A stretch of DNA of 64,000 nt from Thalia democratica (GCA_965202585.1 OZ241831.1:17174001-17238000); one strand, 5' to 3'. Shown: positions 42,301 through 54,960, numbered from the stretch's first letter. Translations and numbers: made by a program. The notes: generated from the letters alone by a model not told the origin.

Positions 42301-45300
42301 ATTTGTTTTTAATTAAAAAGTTTGTTTTAAACCAAATAAAAATTGCAATTTGTACACAGCGTTTTTCGGCTAAAAAGTGCGTATTATACCGGCAGTTCGT
42401 ACCTAGCAAGTGCGTACCTAGTTGGTAGCTTACTGTATTTAGTAGTTTACTATTTAAAACTGTTTTTACCCTAAATTTAGTTTTATACTAAACATGGACA
42501 AAAAAACTTGTAAATAAAAAAACAAAGTTTACAATATAATTTTGAAATCTAATTTATAGAGAGAAATAGCTTTGAATTAATTATTGTTGAAATACAGAAT
42601 GATTTAAGTTCTAACAAATATAATTTAAACATCCAGACTCATTCTGTCGCAGCAGCGTGTTTCTCATATGACTGGTCGTCAGGGCAGGGTTTACTCAAAA
42701 AAAGCTCAAGTTGCAGTTGGCAATGGCAACGGAGTAATCGGGTTTGGAGCTGCTTCTTCGCCGGATTTCGTATCTGCTGTCAGAAAAGCAAAGACGAAAG
42801 CAGAAAAACGCTTGCAACTGATAGAGAGGTTGTTTTTTATGTTGTTTTTATGCTATTCCTATTTTTGAGTATTTTGTTTGTCATTTGTCAGTGTAAATTT
42901 TCATTTCTAAATCCATAAGGTACACTGACCTTTTGTTTGACATTTCGCTTTCACGCATTTATTTCGGTAGGTTTGAAGAGAGAACAGTGTTTGAGGATTT
43001 GTATGTGAACCATCACCACACTTATATGTACATCAGGCAACAGCCAAAAGGATATGGACTCAGATGTCACCGAGCTGTGGCAGATATTTGTAAAATTGTA
43101 GGTTAGATTGTTGAAATGATAAGTAAAGTGTTTAATAATTCTTTAATATATAACTGTTTAACTTAGAGAGTTTAATGTGTACATTGTACAAGTTTGAAAA
43201 AAGTACAAAAGATTTAAATTTATTTAAGTATACAAATGTTTAAAACGAAAACATTATAGTTTTTTTTTAAGAATAAACTATATTAATTCTCCTCTAGAAG
43301 TAGAGATATCTATATAGTGCTTTCAAAAAATCGAAACATATAATATAAAGAAAATAAGTTAATTTAAATTAAAGTTGTGTTTTAAAATATATTACTGTAT
43401 GTTTTATAATATAAACTAGTTTATTAATCATTTTAATCACCGATTGCGTTTTTTAAAGGTTCTAATTAAAATCAATACCAAAAGTTTTGAAAAATATTTA
43501 TAGCAAAAAAAGTGTTGAAAGATTTTAAGCATTCTTAAAAGATACGGCATCGTTGCATTGTAATAAAAAAAATGTTTTAAGCAGTATTTATTTCAACCAT
43601 CATCAACAAAAATGGGATGTTTCGCGCCATCAATAAAATACCGAAACCGGTCGTAGGTTATCTCGCATGCTGTTGTTGTTGGTCGTATGGTGAAGTTCAT
43701 TATTTGTTATTTAAAAAAGTAAACATATAAATTGAAGTAATCAGTATAATTTATATTAATACTAGACTACACTGCATGACTATCAACACTAGTTTTTGAG
43801 ATAAATTACGAGCAGTTTTGTTCTATTCTTTATATGATAGCCTTTTTTTAATCAAAAACAAGCCTCTCAGCTGTCTTGCTGTGGGCAATGTATTTACGTT
43901 GAACAGCTCCTAGACAACCTGACTTCACTGATTATATCACAAATCAATAGCTTTGTGGTAAAACATCATAACTTTTTGTACATAGATAACTTTAGATTTC
44001 TTCGGTTAATGCTGACTGCCGAGTTTCAATAAGAATATGACCTGGGCATTAGTCTACCAAGAGCTTTGGTTTTATGATTGAAGTAATAAGATCAAAGTTT
44101 CTTGTCAACAAGTTTTGATTTTAGTCTACGAACTAGTCTCAATATTCGACCTGTCATAGATTGCCTCCAAAACTTTTGTTGGTGGTTTAGCGTGTCTAGT
44201 GTTGTCTGGTCCTTATTGAATGATGACGAAAACATCTAAGCTTTTATGAAGATAACATAAATATTGCTACTAATTTTATTTGACAAAACATTTCTGAATG
44301 AAAGTTATAAGTTTAATTAGTTTTGTTTACAAGATGTAACGTTAAAAGGCATTAAATCCTCGAGATCCTGATAAGCTAAGCTTATCGGAATAAATACCAC
44401 AGATGTTCTTGTGCTAAAACTTTATTTCAACTAACGGCGTTTCACTGCTCTCAAATAAGTTTAAGAACAGATCTACGGAGTCTATAAAATATTAACACAC
44501 ATTAGAAAAAAAGCAGAAAAAGCATGTATAATTATGTATAGTGTTTATGTAGGTAGTAACTATAAATGAAAATTATGGTTTAAAAACAAAGTTTGGGATA
44601 AAAACATAAAATTATAAAATTGTCTACAAAAAATACAAATTTAATAAAAGTAGGCACTAACCTCAAAAAGCTCTAAGAATAGGCAAGTTTTTAAAATGAA
44701 AATTAAATTGAGTTGTGCAGAAATGTTACGTCATAATAAATTTAACAAATTGGTCAATAATTTATATAGCTTAAAAACATGAAGTATTAAGCTTGCAAGT
44801 GTATGTAATTGTAATGTGAGTGTTGTGAAATAAATTAGTACATAAGTAGACAGAGTTATTTAAAGTAGAATCGTCGGTTGTTGGGACAAATATTCGATAA
44901 ATCTTGCCGCTTATTCAGAAGTAGGTCTTTATCTTCTGCTGCAATTACTGCTCTTTCTGTATTGCAAGTTGGGCAAATTCTACTTACTCCGTTGGATGTA
45001 TGTTTGATCTTTAAAACAATACTCCACTCCATGTTTGGCCTTTTACCGTATCTGTGAAAACAGCTCCAGACATAATTCGATAAACGCGTGCTTTGTTTTT
45101 TATTTATATTTTTAAAAGTATGTTTATGGCTAGCATATCTATCCTTGAAACTACCTGCTGTACTTCCGATATAAATTTTATCTGGGCCTTTACTTTTATT
45201 ACTTACTTAACTGCCCATTAAAAGGTAATTGTTTAATTAAAAATGTAATTTATAAAGTTAAAGTTGAAAGTAAGGGCCCAGGTAAAATTTATATCGGAAG

Positions 45301-48300
45301 ATATATACATATTTAAGTCTCGAAAGAATAAATTTATTTATATATTTGAAGTAGTTTAAAAAAGTCTGTAGTAATCAACTAATATTTTGACCTTTTGAAT
45401 GAACTTTTTTATATAAATAGTAAAAAAAAACAATATCCCAATACTTACCAGGAATCAAAGACTTATATGTGAAGACATTCGGTTCAACTACAATGTTGAA
45501 TCTTACTAAATGCTTTTTGAAGGGACTGACTATGCAGGAAACGCACCAACAGAAAGCTGACAGGCTCGGATATCATGTTGTTGAATACGACGAACTGCAA
45601 AATGGGTTTGAAACTGTTTAATATATATAAGGGAGGTTTATGTTACAATATTATCTGTATAAATTTAAAATATAAGTCTTACACTTTTTTATCTAAATAA
45701 AACTTTATCAGAATAGTTATTGGCCTTAAAGTTAAATTTGAGGTATTATAGTTAGGATAGGTGTCAATATGATAATGTTAATTTTAACCTGATACTCCAT
45801 CATTTTTCTATTGTGCTAACAAAAAAAATCTGTTAACATTTTTGATTTAAAACTAGCATATGGCTATTTAGTTTTAAGCTGTATCAAATTTGAAAAATTA
45901 AAAAAAAAGCTGGAATTTTGAACAAAAATTACTAAAAACCCTAGAAAAAACTCCAATTTAAAACAATTTTTAATGTAAATTCATATATTTTTGATTAAGA
46001 ACTGAACTACTTACTGCTCAAGGGTAAGGATTAGGGGTAAGAGTGATAGTAAACCAGCGCTACAATTATTTCCAGTCGCTCTCTAAGTCGACAGAAGAAA
46101 CCGCTTACCAATTAGCTAAACTGTGCAAAAGTGTTAACCCTTTGCAAAAGTGACTGCTCGTGCAAAAGTGACACCCGTGCAAAACTGTCAATCCGTGCAA
46201 AAATGATGCCGTTTAAAATTGTGTTTGTGCAGAAGCGACTCTGATCTTTTTTTCTTTATTGTTTTAAAATAGAATAAAATGTTTTTATTTAAAATCTATT
46301 AAAATTTGTTGATTTTTTTCAATATTATATTATAGGTTTAGACAGTTTATCCAGTTGGTTAGTGTGCATATTTTTTTAACATTGATTATAGTTTGCTGTC
46401 TTAACGTTAAAAATTTAACTAAAAATGTTTCAAAAATACTTAAGCACCAAATTACAACATTATAAATTAAATTGTATTTGCACTACAGTTTTCTCTAAAA
46501 TTTATTTATATCATACTTGTAAATTTTGATTCATACATTTATTTCAAGTTCTTTGTTTTGAATTTAAGAATTTAAAATGCTTTTGTATTAAAAAAACTAA
46601 AGAAAGTATAATCGTGACCGCTAAATAAAAAAATCTTCTTATATCTTTTATAGATATAAAATCATATATTAGTCATGTTAAAAGTGTATTTTACAATAAT
46701 TTTGAAAGTTTCAAATGATATGGGTCCAAATCTGTAGGTTCTTAATTTTATAACAAATCAAGACCCAGTTCTGGCAAAATCAGGGTTGCAACAAAACCTG
46801 GAAAGCTGTAAAAGCTAGATTTTGACAGTTTATAAAACAAAACTTGAAAAACCTTGAGTTTTGTACAAAAATCATGGAAATACAAGGATTTTGAAAACTT
46901 TGATTTTTAAATTTTTTGATAATAGTAAATTTTAGAATTTTAAGATTAAAAAAAAATTTTTAGAAGTTTTCTTGTTGTGATGAAAAAAATTATATTTAGC
47001 ATTATTTTGTTGTTGATTTTGTGTGTGTGTTGAAAAGTACAAGAAAAGTCCTCATTTTTAGACATTTTTAGTTTTGTAGTATTTTAACACTTCAACATGA
47101 ACGAAAAAAGATAATATTTTTGACCAATCAGAGAAAGAAACATATAATGTCTTATACTTATTTTATCTAAATTATATACTTTCAAGCAAAATGTGCAATG
47201 AACACAGTGCTCAACACTCAATTATCTATTGTAATGCAGTTGTTACACTACTTTTTTAAGTTTATAAGAATTGTTAGATATTAAACTGTGTTTTCAACTT
47301 GCACAACTAATCACCACTAGGCTGTGGAAAAACCAGCTTGTGTAGTTGGTTACTTTTCCAAGTAGAAACTTTACTTATGTGCTACGCATAAGGTCCTTAA
47401 GGTAAAACCCACTAGTACATAGTCAACACACAAAATCTGTAAAGTAAAGAAATAGTTGTTAGCTTATTTATTTAACTTGAATAAAATTTTAATTATACAA
47501 TCACAACAAGTTTTAACTATATTTTGTTGTTATTTATTTTATATCAACTTACTGGTTTTTGAAACATCATTTGAAAAAAATATTTTAAGAATTTAATTCA
47601 AAATTTTAATACAGGTTGTTACAGTAGAAAAAAGTTTTAACTAGCCTTACAATATCTTTCAAAAAATTTAAAGGTATCGAAAAACACCAATATTAATTTA
47701 ATATAATTTACTACTAATAATCCTCAAAAAATGTGTACTTTTAAAAGCCCGTAAGAAACGCTAAAAATCCTGAAATAAAATTTAAAAACCAAGAAAACTT
47801 TTGAGAACTAAGAAAAACTATAGCAACCCTGCCAAATTTTGATTTGAGAAAAAGGTTTTGGTCTGGCCCGATCTTAGTTTTATGGACCGGTTTGGACACT
47901 GAAAAAATAAAACATTTATATTATAAATAAGAACAGAATTAGTTATACTATTACCAGTTTTATTTCATAAGAGTCTATAAGTTGCAGACGTCTAAATTTA
48001 AAGTTATAATAATTTTTAAACTTGCCAACAAGACTTAAATTTTCTTTAACCATAGGTAAAACAATAGCTAGAATTTTTAACAGAGTTAAGAGTATTTTTA
48101 TTTTGTTGTAGTATTAGAAAATAAAATTCCAAGCTTGTTTCCCGCTAACAATATTTGTTTTGTATCATTTATATTTCCTAACGTTTTGTACAACACCACA
48201 ACATTAATTGTTTTGTTTAAAGAATTTCATTAATTAATAAAACATTAGAACTATACTTGAATGGGGTTTGTTAAGGATTATATGACGGATATTATGGTCT

Positions 48301-50821
48301 GGACTGATTCTGCGTACGCTAACTTGCCAATAACTTATATTTTTAAATCATGTACACTTAGTATTGAGTATTAATAATTATATTTAACAACAGATATTAT
48401 AGATACAAACTACTTGAAGAGTAAAATAGAAGGAATTGTTTTCAAACACAACACAAATAAAGTTAAATAACCACAATACTTACAATAACAATAAATAAAA
48501 ATGACTAGATCACTTACAAACTTTAGCGCTTCACAACGAATCTTAACAACTAAACGATTCCGAATGTTGATAACCGTTTTTATAGAAAACAAAAAAAGTT
48601 TCTCCTCTTTTAATAACAGTATTGTTTTTTTACTATAACTTGCTTACAAAGTTTTAAAGTGATATTTTCTAAATTAACTTTGATAAAAATTAGTATATAT
48701 TGTTACATAATAGCCATCATCAGTCAAAGTCACTCTTATTTGCTTTATATTATTAAAATTATTGTTCAATAGTTATTAAAATAATAACAACATAAGATAA
48801 TTTTTACAATATAGTTGTTTATTTAATTAACCAAACAATATTTTATTGTACCCATATTTTCTATTAGCTAAAACTACTGCTGTTACTATTTTATTTACTT
48901 GATTGATTAATTTTGTATTAATAAATTAAAAAAAAAATTAGTGCACTTTATTTATATAAACTGTTATCATTTATAGTTACTATTTAGTTATTGAATAAAT
49001 CGTTACATAAACCAGATATCCAAGAGTGTTGGCATCGCCATCAAATGGAACGAAGTCGGAGGAATTCAATGAAATGGAATCTTATCTGAACCAGGACTTG
49101 CTCATCAGGGAGTTCAAAAACATCGAGGGTCTTCGCAACGACGTTTGGTCGAGAGCACAGATTACTAACAACAGGTCAGTATGCATCTAACATTGTTATA
49201 AAGTTTTTAAAATAACGTATTTAATGTTTATTGTACTCCTTCCTAAATTTTAAAGATATTTTAGTATTAAAAAAAATTACTAATGTTTCTTATTTTTTCA
49301 CAATTTTCAGCATATGGTTTTTGAAACAGTTTTTTATTTTGTTAATACTATAAAAATGGTGTCTAAATTTGTTTTTGCTTTTTTTTGAGTGCTTTAAAAC
49401 TATCTGAATAATTTATAAAGAACTTCACAAAAAACTAGCATTTTTGTACTAGCTAGACAAGTTAGATAACAGATTTAGGATATAATTCATATTAGTGATA
49501 AATTATGATAGCATATTAGTTGCGTTAAACTAAACCTTCTTGATCAGTGATAATAATTTTGTTATTAGAAATATAATATTTAACTAACTCGAAGTTTAGG
49601 TTTAACTTTGTAAAACAATTTTTCTAAAAGCTTTGAAGTTTTGTTAGATAATATTTTTGATTAACCTTTTCGAAAAATATTTTTAGTGTTGCAAGATAAA
49701 CTTAAGTTAACAGTCTTTTAATCTAATACAATAAAATATTCTTAAACTTTGAGTTGTTAAAAATAAGTTTTATTATAATCTACTTCAATTTTTTAATATT
49801 CTTTTCTCAAAAAAAGATAATTTTGTTGTACCTAATAAAGCTAATCAACATTTACCTACTTATTATCAAACAGTGATAACTAAAACATTTACTTTTAATT
49901 TCCTAAGTTTTATGTTTTATAATGTATAGCTTAATCTCTTTTGACTACTTGTTATGATTTATCTAAGGGTTATTTTAACATTTAAAAGTAAAATAAAATA
50001 TTTTGAACAGGGTTGCCAAAAAAACCTGGAAACCTTAAATAAACTAAAAAACTTGGAATTTGAGAAATTTTGAAGAAAAATCCTGGAATTTTTTACAATC
50101 TTAACATGTTCAGCATATAAAATTTCGATTTGACACAAAATATCTATCACATAGATAAAAATTTTTTTGTCATCATCAAAAAAATATTTTATTAAAAAAT
50201 ACATTTAAAGTAGGTTTATAGTATCTTTTCAATGTTTTTATACTATTTAGCACAGTTTCTTACCTTAAACTTATCTTTAAACTACTCTTTAAACTAAAAA
50301 TAGACCCAAAAATGTTTACTTTTAAAAACCTGGAGAAAATTTGTCAAAAACATTTGGCAACCCTGTTTAAAGTAAAATGTATTAAAATGTAAACATTTTG
50401 TAATTTACCAACATTTGTATTTTATTTTTCTTATTAAAGTGAATTTAGCAGTTGTCTTATAAGTTATAAGTTTACTTTTGACAATTTTTTGTTTTACTGT
50501 TGTTCAATGTAATATATTTATTTATCAAATAATTACTAATTTGTATTAGTGATCTTTGTTTAATTATAATTTTTAGTTTCAAAATTACAGTATTATCTCA
50601 TGTTTCATTTTAGTTTACCTTTAGAAGTTATAGTTGATTCACATTTAAAAGTAATTGTTTTGAGTTGAAACAAAGTAAATGTATATGGTTGTTAGAATAC
50701 CAGCTTAATTATAGCTTATTTGAATAACAACAGGGGTATGCCAGTACCGCCTTGCCAAGTGATTCCTGAGGATATTACAAGCATTAAGAATCACAGACTT
50801 TATGAAGAATCTGCAGTTTAA
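33392..50821 (+). CDS. MRPS5: Mitochondrial 28S ribosomal protein S5 (uS5m), 7 exons, 384 aa
   Basis: join(33392-33651, 40183-40353, 42637-42828, 42971-43101, 45452-45605, 49016-49174, 50734-50821) = 1155 nt, GT-AG, phase-consistent. Motifs GWTGAHWGG, MTGRQGR..VAVGNGNG..GFG, QPKGYGLRCHRA, GIKDLY and QETHQQKADRLGYHVVE match recalled human MRPS5. AATAAA at 50885. Confidence 0.96.
34057..34744. mobile_element. Non-autonomous DNA transposon, Kolobok-like (TTAA TSD, RR termini)
   Basis: TTAA|GGGCATGGGGG ... CCCCCTATGCCC|TTAA with long inverted arms. Further copies at ~37265-37846 (right end plus TTAA), 38170-38825 and ~25430-25650 (partial). Confidence 0.82.
34813..35180. mobile_element. MITE with CAGGGTTGCCA-type termini (hAT-like)
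   Basis: CAGAGTTGCC...GCAACCCTG, internal AAAACCTGGAA repeats, flanks AGTAAT / AGTAGT. Confidence 0.8.
35940..37170 (-). mobile_element. Tc1/mariner-superfamily transposase relic split by a MITE
   Basis: Minus-strand HDEKKIVPVEKH (~37120-37160, cf. SDEKxFTVE), FLQDGAP (~36190-36210) and LPDLNLLDF (cf. SPDLNPLD). Many stops. Confidence 0.7.
36453..37100. mobile_element. Mutator-like MITE (9-bp TSD) with GCACGAAG subrepeats
   Basis: Inverted termini GGGAACGGGTCAAA / TTTGACAGCTACC; flanks GATTTTTTT / GCTTTTTTT; three internal AAGGGTAAGGGTTAGGGGTAACAG-like units. Confidence 0.8.
39247..39966. mobile_element. Non-autonomous pogo/Tigger-like element
   Basis: Inverted termini (C/T)AGTCAC.TCTCGC.A.T.T.CGCAC; right end followed by TA. 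Confidence 0.65.
40382..40780. mobile_element. MITE with CAGGGTTGCCA-type termini
   Basis: CAAGGTTGCC...GGCAACCTTG, starting 28 nt downstream of the MRPS5 exon-2 donor. Confidence 0.78.
41332..42435. mobile_element. Non-autonomous pogo/Tigger-like element
   Basis: TA|CGGTGACCTGCCAACTAGGTAC ... GTACCTAGTTGGTAGCTTACTG|TA. Internal peptide MSAKPKRQTTLIEMFSK resembles the KQTTLxxFF tail of pogo transposases. Confidence 0.75.
43590..43710 (+). repeat. Rearranged copy of the hammerhead-bearing repeat (3' half of ribozyme)
   Basis: Retains GAAACCGGTCGTAGGT at 43643-43658, joined to an oppositely oriented piece of the same repeat. Confidence 0.65.
44856..45090 (-). mobile_element. 3' fragment of a second Penelope-like element (GIY-YIG C-terminus)
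   Basis: WSIVLKIKHTSNGVSRICPTCNTERAVIAAEDKDLLLNKRQDLSNICPNNRRFYFK* matches the W..C..C..E...LLNKR.E/D....C tail of PLE endonucleases. Confidence 0.75.
45163..45300. repeat. Short inverted repeat (~35-bp arms), probable mini-MITE
   Basis: CTTCCGATATAAATTTTATCTGGGCCTTTACTT versus AAGTAAGGGCCCAGGTAAAATTTATATCGGAAG. Confidence 0.75.
46781..47831. mobile_element. Longer element with CAGGGTTGC termini
   Basis: CAGGGTTGCAACAAAACCTGG...TAGCAACCCTG; flanks CAAAAT / CCAAAT. Confidence 0.65.
50008..50365. mobile_element. MITE with CAGGGTTGCCA termini
   Basis: CAGGGTTGCCAAAA...TTTGGCAACCCTG; flanks TTTGAA / TTTAAA; internal similarity to 34813-35180. Confidence 0.82.
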
Positions 50822-53800
50822 TAGTGATTTAGTTAACATTAGAAAAAATGGTTCAAATATTTTGTGCACCCTATGTTTTAGTTTAATAAAAGTTAGAAAA
50901 TACTCATTTTTGTTAAAGTTTAATGATAGCGAAAAATTAGAAAACTTTATTTTATTTTTGAAACAATTTTATTTATTGTAAATAAAGAAAAATTTAATGT
51001 TGTATTGTAATTCTAAAGACGAATAAAAAAGAAATAAAAAACTTGAAATATTTGAATTATCTTAAACAAGTTTTAAAGCTAAAGCTCATTGGTCAGAGAA
51101 AAACTACAATTATAAATATGATCAAATTAACCTTTTGTTTTTAGATCTTTAAAAAATTAGTATAAATTTAACTGTATTTTTACTATTTATTTCAATTTAG
51201 GTTCAAGTTGGTACTTTAAGTTAAGACAACAATATTTCTCTAAAAATATGACTCACTGTGTAATTATAAAAATATTAGCATTTAATAATGCTTAGTTTAT
51301 TTTATTATTCTAAGCAAAACTGCTATTTAGAGTATTCAAAACTCACGTTAGGTTGTACCATCTAAAGCTTGTATTGATAATATAAGGTTTGGTGCCTACT
51401 ACATTACCATCTGGTTATAAAAACTCAAAAATTAACTTCGAAACATTAATTATAGAAAAATTTGATCCTAACTAACTGAAATCTATTAAAGATGTCTAAA
51501 ATTTTCGTATAGATTTTATTAAGTTGGTAACTTATGGATTTTATAACTTTTCATGTGATAAATAGTTAAATTCAATTCGCATTTTTGTTAATATTTTAGT
51601 TGAAAAAGTTAATACTTTAGTGACAATTTTTTTTTAATGTTTTGATTGGTCTTCAAAACAAGACATTAATTTTCATATTTTAGATAATTTAGGTTATTTA
51701 TTTATACATGCTAAAGTATTTTAAATATTTTTTTAAATATTTTGTATTTTTAATTAAATTTGAAAAAAGTAATTATTTTCACTAAAATTTCAGCCTTTTG
51801 AATCATACAAATATTACCGTTATTATTTTTGAAATTTCAAACATTTTTCATGCTAGTCTTACTGGCATATAAATTTTAAATGTCTTGTGAATCTTTAAAT
51901 CTACAGACTTAATTTTTGATCAAAATATCATAGAATGTGTGGTTTGTAAAAAAAGTCAAACAGTGCAATAATATAACAAAAATAACATTTTTAATGTTCT
52001 AGTATCCTAGACAATGACGTTAAACTGTATCCAAGTTTTGTACGACCCGATAACCGAAAGGATTTTTTCGTAGATCAGGTCCTAGGACCAGCTATTTAGA
52101 GCGCTGTTTTTGTCGTTCAATAACCTTTAAATTTAAAAATTTTCAAATCGCTTCACCAAAATTTTCTGAATTTTATCACAAAAAACATAATTTGAGTGTA
52201 TTTAATGTTTTTGTTTAATGTCTTACTGAACAAAACAGAATTTATGTTTCATTAAAGACCTACAGTAACGAGAAAAAAAGCTTTTATATTTATTGTATAC
52301 AAATAAAATTTAAACCACCTGATATTTTATACTTTTGGAAACACTTAGATTATAAACTTATAATGCTAAAAAATAAGTTGAAAGCTATAGTGTCATTATA
52401 CGATATCTAAAAATATCCGCTAAAACTGAATTTTAGTCAAAGTTATATCATCTATTTCGTATACTAATTTAACTTCTTGATTATATATGTACACATTAAA
52501 TATAGATAAACGCATGGAGTTGAGTTAAGATTTGATTTAAAAAACCTTTTTAGCTACCAAGACCTATTCAAAAATATTACTGATACCTTTTTACCATACT
52601 TATCAGAAAAAGAAATTCACCAATTTTAGTTGTTTGCTAAAGCGTATTCTACATAGTTTTTTATATAATCAAAAGCTTGAAGCTCGGTATTCTCCAAAAA
52701 ACGTTAAGTGATAAAGTCAAAACGAATGCTGTCTTCTTTCAACCTTAGAGTAGAACTTTTCAACTCTAAAACAAAAAAATTTGCAAAACAACAAAAAAAA
52801 TAAGTTTCTTTTTTTTAGTTAGAAAAGAATTGTCAAACCAGACAAAAGAGAGTTGAAAAAATACCTCTTAAGTTATTTTTTGTATAGTTCCATGTTGTTT
52901 ACATAATTTCTACTATTTTTTGCTGATATAACAGATTATTTGTTCAAGCTCTAAAATGGTTTACTGGTTATTAAACACTTTTTTTAAACGTTTACATAGT
53001 CAAGTTAAAATAATAAGAGTCGTTTTACATAAAGTTATATAATTACATAATGGTTTTAAATTTAAATTTTCAAAGTATAGTGTACTGTGTTGCTTTTCTA
53101 CAAAAGGCACCAAATTAATTCAAAATGACGGAGAAACAATTAAGTGGATAAATACTTTCAAAAGAAACTGTAATGTGTTTAAGCAAGCAATAAGTTGAGC
53201 GTAGAATTAAGTTTGACTGTTTCTTATAAAAAAACATACGTGTTTTACCCAATTACTTTTACTCATTAGATAAAAAAATTCAAGTAAAAACGGCTTTAAC
53301 TTACTGCCTACCAAATATTATTTTTTTATGAACAAGTAGTGCACAATAATTCTTGACACCTAAAATAAAAAAACGCCAATAAAGTGTTTTGTATATAATT
53401 TTAACACTATTATTATTCAAACTAATCGTGATTTTAAGTCAAGGTAGTTAAGAGTTGTAGAATATTTTTAAAATCTTTAAATGTATTTATATTAACTGCA
53501 AGGAAACACTTATCTTTATATTTATCTTAAAAAAAGTTATTTACAGTATATATTAGTATTACTATTTATCTTATGTTTTCAAGATTGCAAATCTATAAGT
53601 TATTTTTCATTTTATTTTTTTTTGCAACTTCTTTTTTTTCTAGAGATCTAACCGTTTTAGATTACTTATTAGCTTTATTTCATTTAATTCGAATAGAAGG
53701 TACTAAGCTGATTGGAATATAATTTGATATTTCATACTTAAAGACGCTTTTAATTTTAAGTTTTATAGGACCTGAAAAAGTCTGCTACGTAAAGTTTACT

Positions 53801-53869
53801 AAAAGTTTGAAAGAACTAAACATTTTTTGTTTGTAACTGTAAATATCGTTATTGTCCTTAATAAACAAA

Positions 53870-54960
53870 GAACTTTAACAAACTACCAACAACAACAGAA
53901 CCAGAGACCAAGTCCGGTTTAGTCGTTGCACTAATAATTAGGCAGGCATAGTCACAAGGGGTAGGTGTCAAACATGTACGAAGCGACACTTTTGCACGAA
54001 AACATTTTAGAACGAAGGATCACTTTTGCACGAAGGGAAATGTTTGCACGACGTCAATTTTGTATGAGAAGTCACTTTTGCAGGAAGGGTCACTTTTGTA
54101 CGAGAAGACTTTTGCACGGAATGAAAAATTTTTGTTCAATTTATTTTCTTATATTTTTAGTTTTTTTAAAATTTTATTTTTACTACCACTGTTATCCCTA
54201 ACCCTTACGCTCGGTCGTTAGCTTTCTTTTCTTCCTTTTTTACTAATTAAAATTTATTTTTTTCTTTTTATTGTTTTAGAAATTTTCATTAGTTAATTTT
54301 TATTTATACTGTAACTATTACTCCTACCCTTTGTCGGTAATTTTTTTTCTTCTTTTTTGTTTGTACTCTTGTGCAGAAATTACCCTTTGTGCAAAAATGA
54401 CCCCTAGTTCAAAAGTGATCCCTCGTGTAAAAGTTTCTTTGTGCAAAAGCGTCCCTTCGTGCATATTTGACCCGTTCCCAGTCGCGAGAGACCACTGTTG
54501 AGATCTATCCTCTTCTGGACTATGACCTTAAACTGTATCCATATGGTGGACGACTCGATAACTGAAAGGTTTTTTCGTACACAAGTTCCGAGAACCAAAT
54601 ATTTTGAATGTTTTTTTTTTGTCGTTTGATAAACAATAATAACCAAGCAGGTCAAAAACATAAGAACTAAGGCGACCGTTTGTGGACAAAGTCAAATAAA
54701 TTGACACAACTTTATTCTTCACAGCCCAACGTCTAAGAAATTGTTAGCTTATTTCTAGATTATAGTTTACGCTCGTTTAATCAGTTTTAACCGGTATTTG
54801 TTTTGGTAATTATCAACAAAGTTGAGATGTTGCACGCCATCATTGAAAAAACAATGAAATTTATCATACGACCAACAATAACAGTACCCGAGACAATTAC
54901 AAACCCACGACCGGTTTTGTCCTTACAAGGACTCACAAGGCATGTATAGTGTGAGAAACT
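53870..54960 (-). repeat. Partial tandem of the hammerhead-bearing repeat, with a nested MITE
   Basis: Two ribozyme-like blocks (53909-53949, degenerate; 54904-54945, CTTGTGA-GTCC-TTGTAA-GGAC-AAAA-CCGGTC) plus the ..GTTCAATAAA-type terminal segment. Confidence 0.7.
53959..54479. mobile_element. Mutator-like MITE (9-bp TSD)
   Basis: GGGTAGGTGTCAAACATGTACGAAG ... GCATATTTGACCCGTTCCC; flanks AGTCACAAG / AGTCGCGAG (both mismatches at CpG positions). Confidence 0.82.

Noticed and set aside
53975-54125. Regularly spaced TTTTGCACGAAG repeats as a CRISPR-like array
   Set aside because: ~20-bp degenerate units without unique spacers, mirrored at both MITE ends, in eukaryotic DNA with no cas genes.
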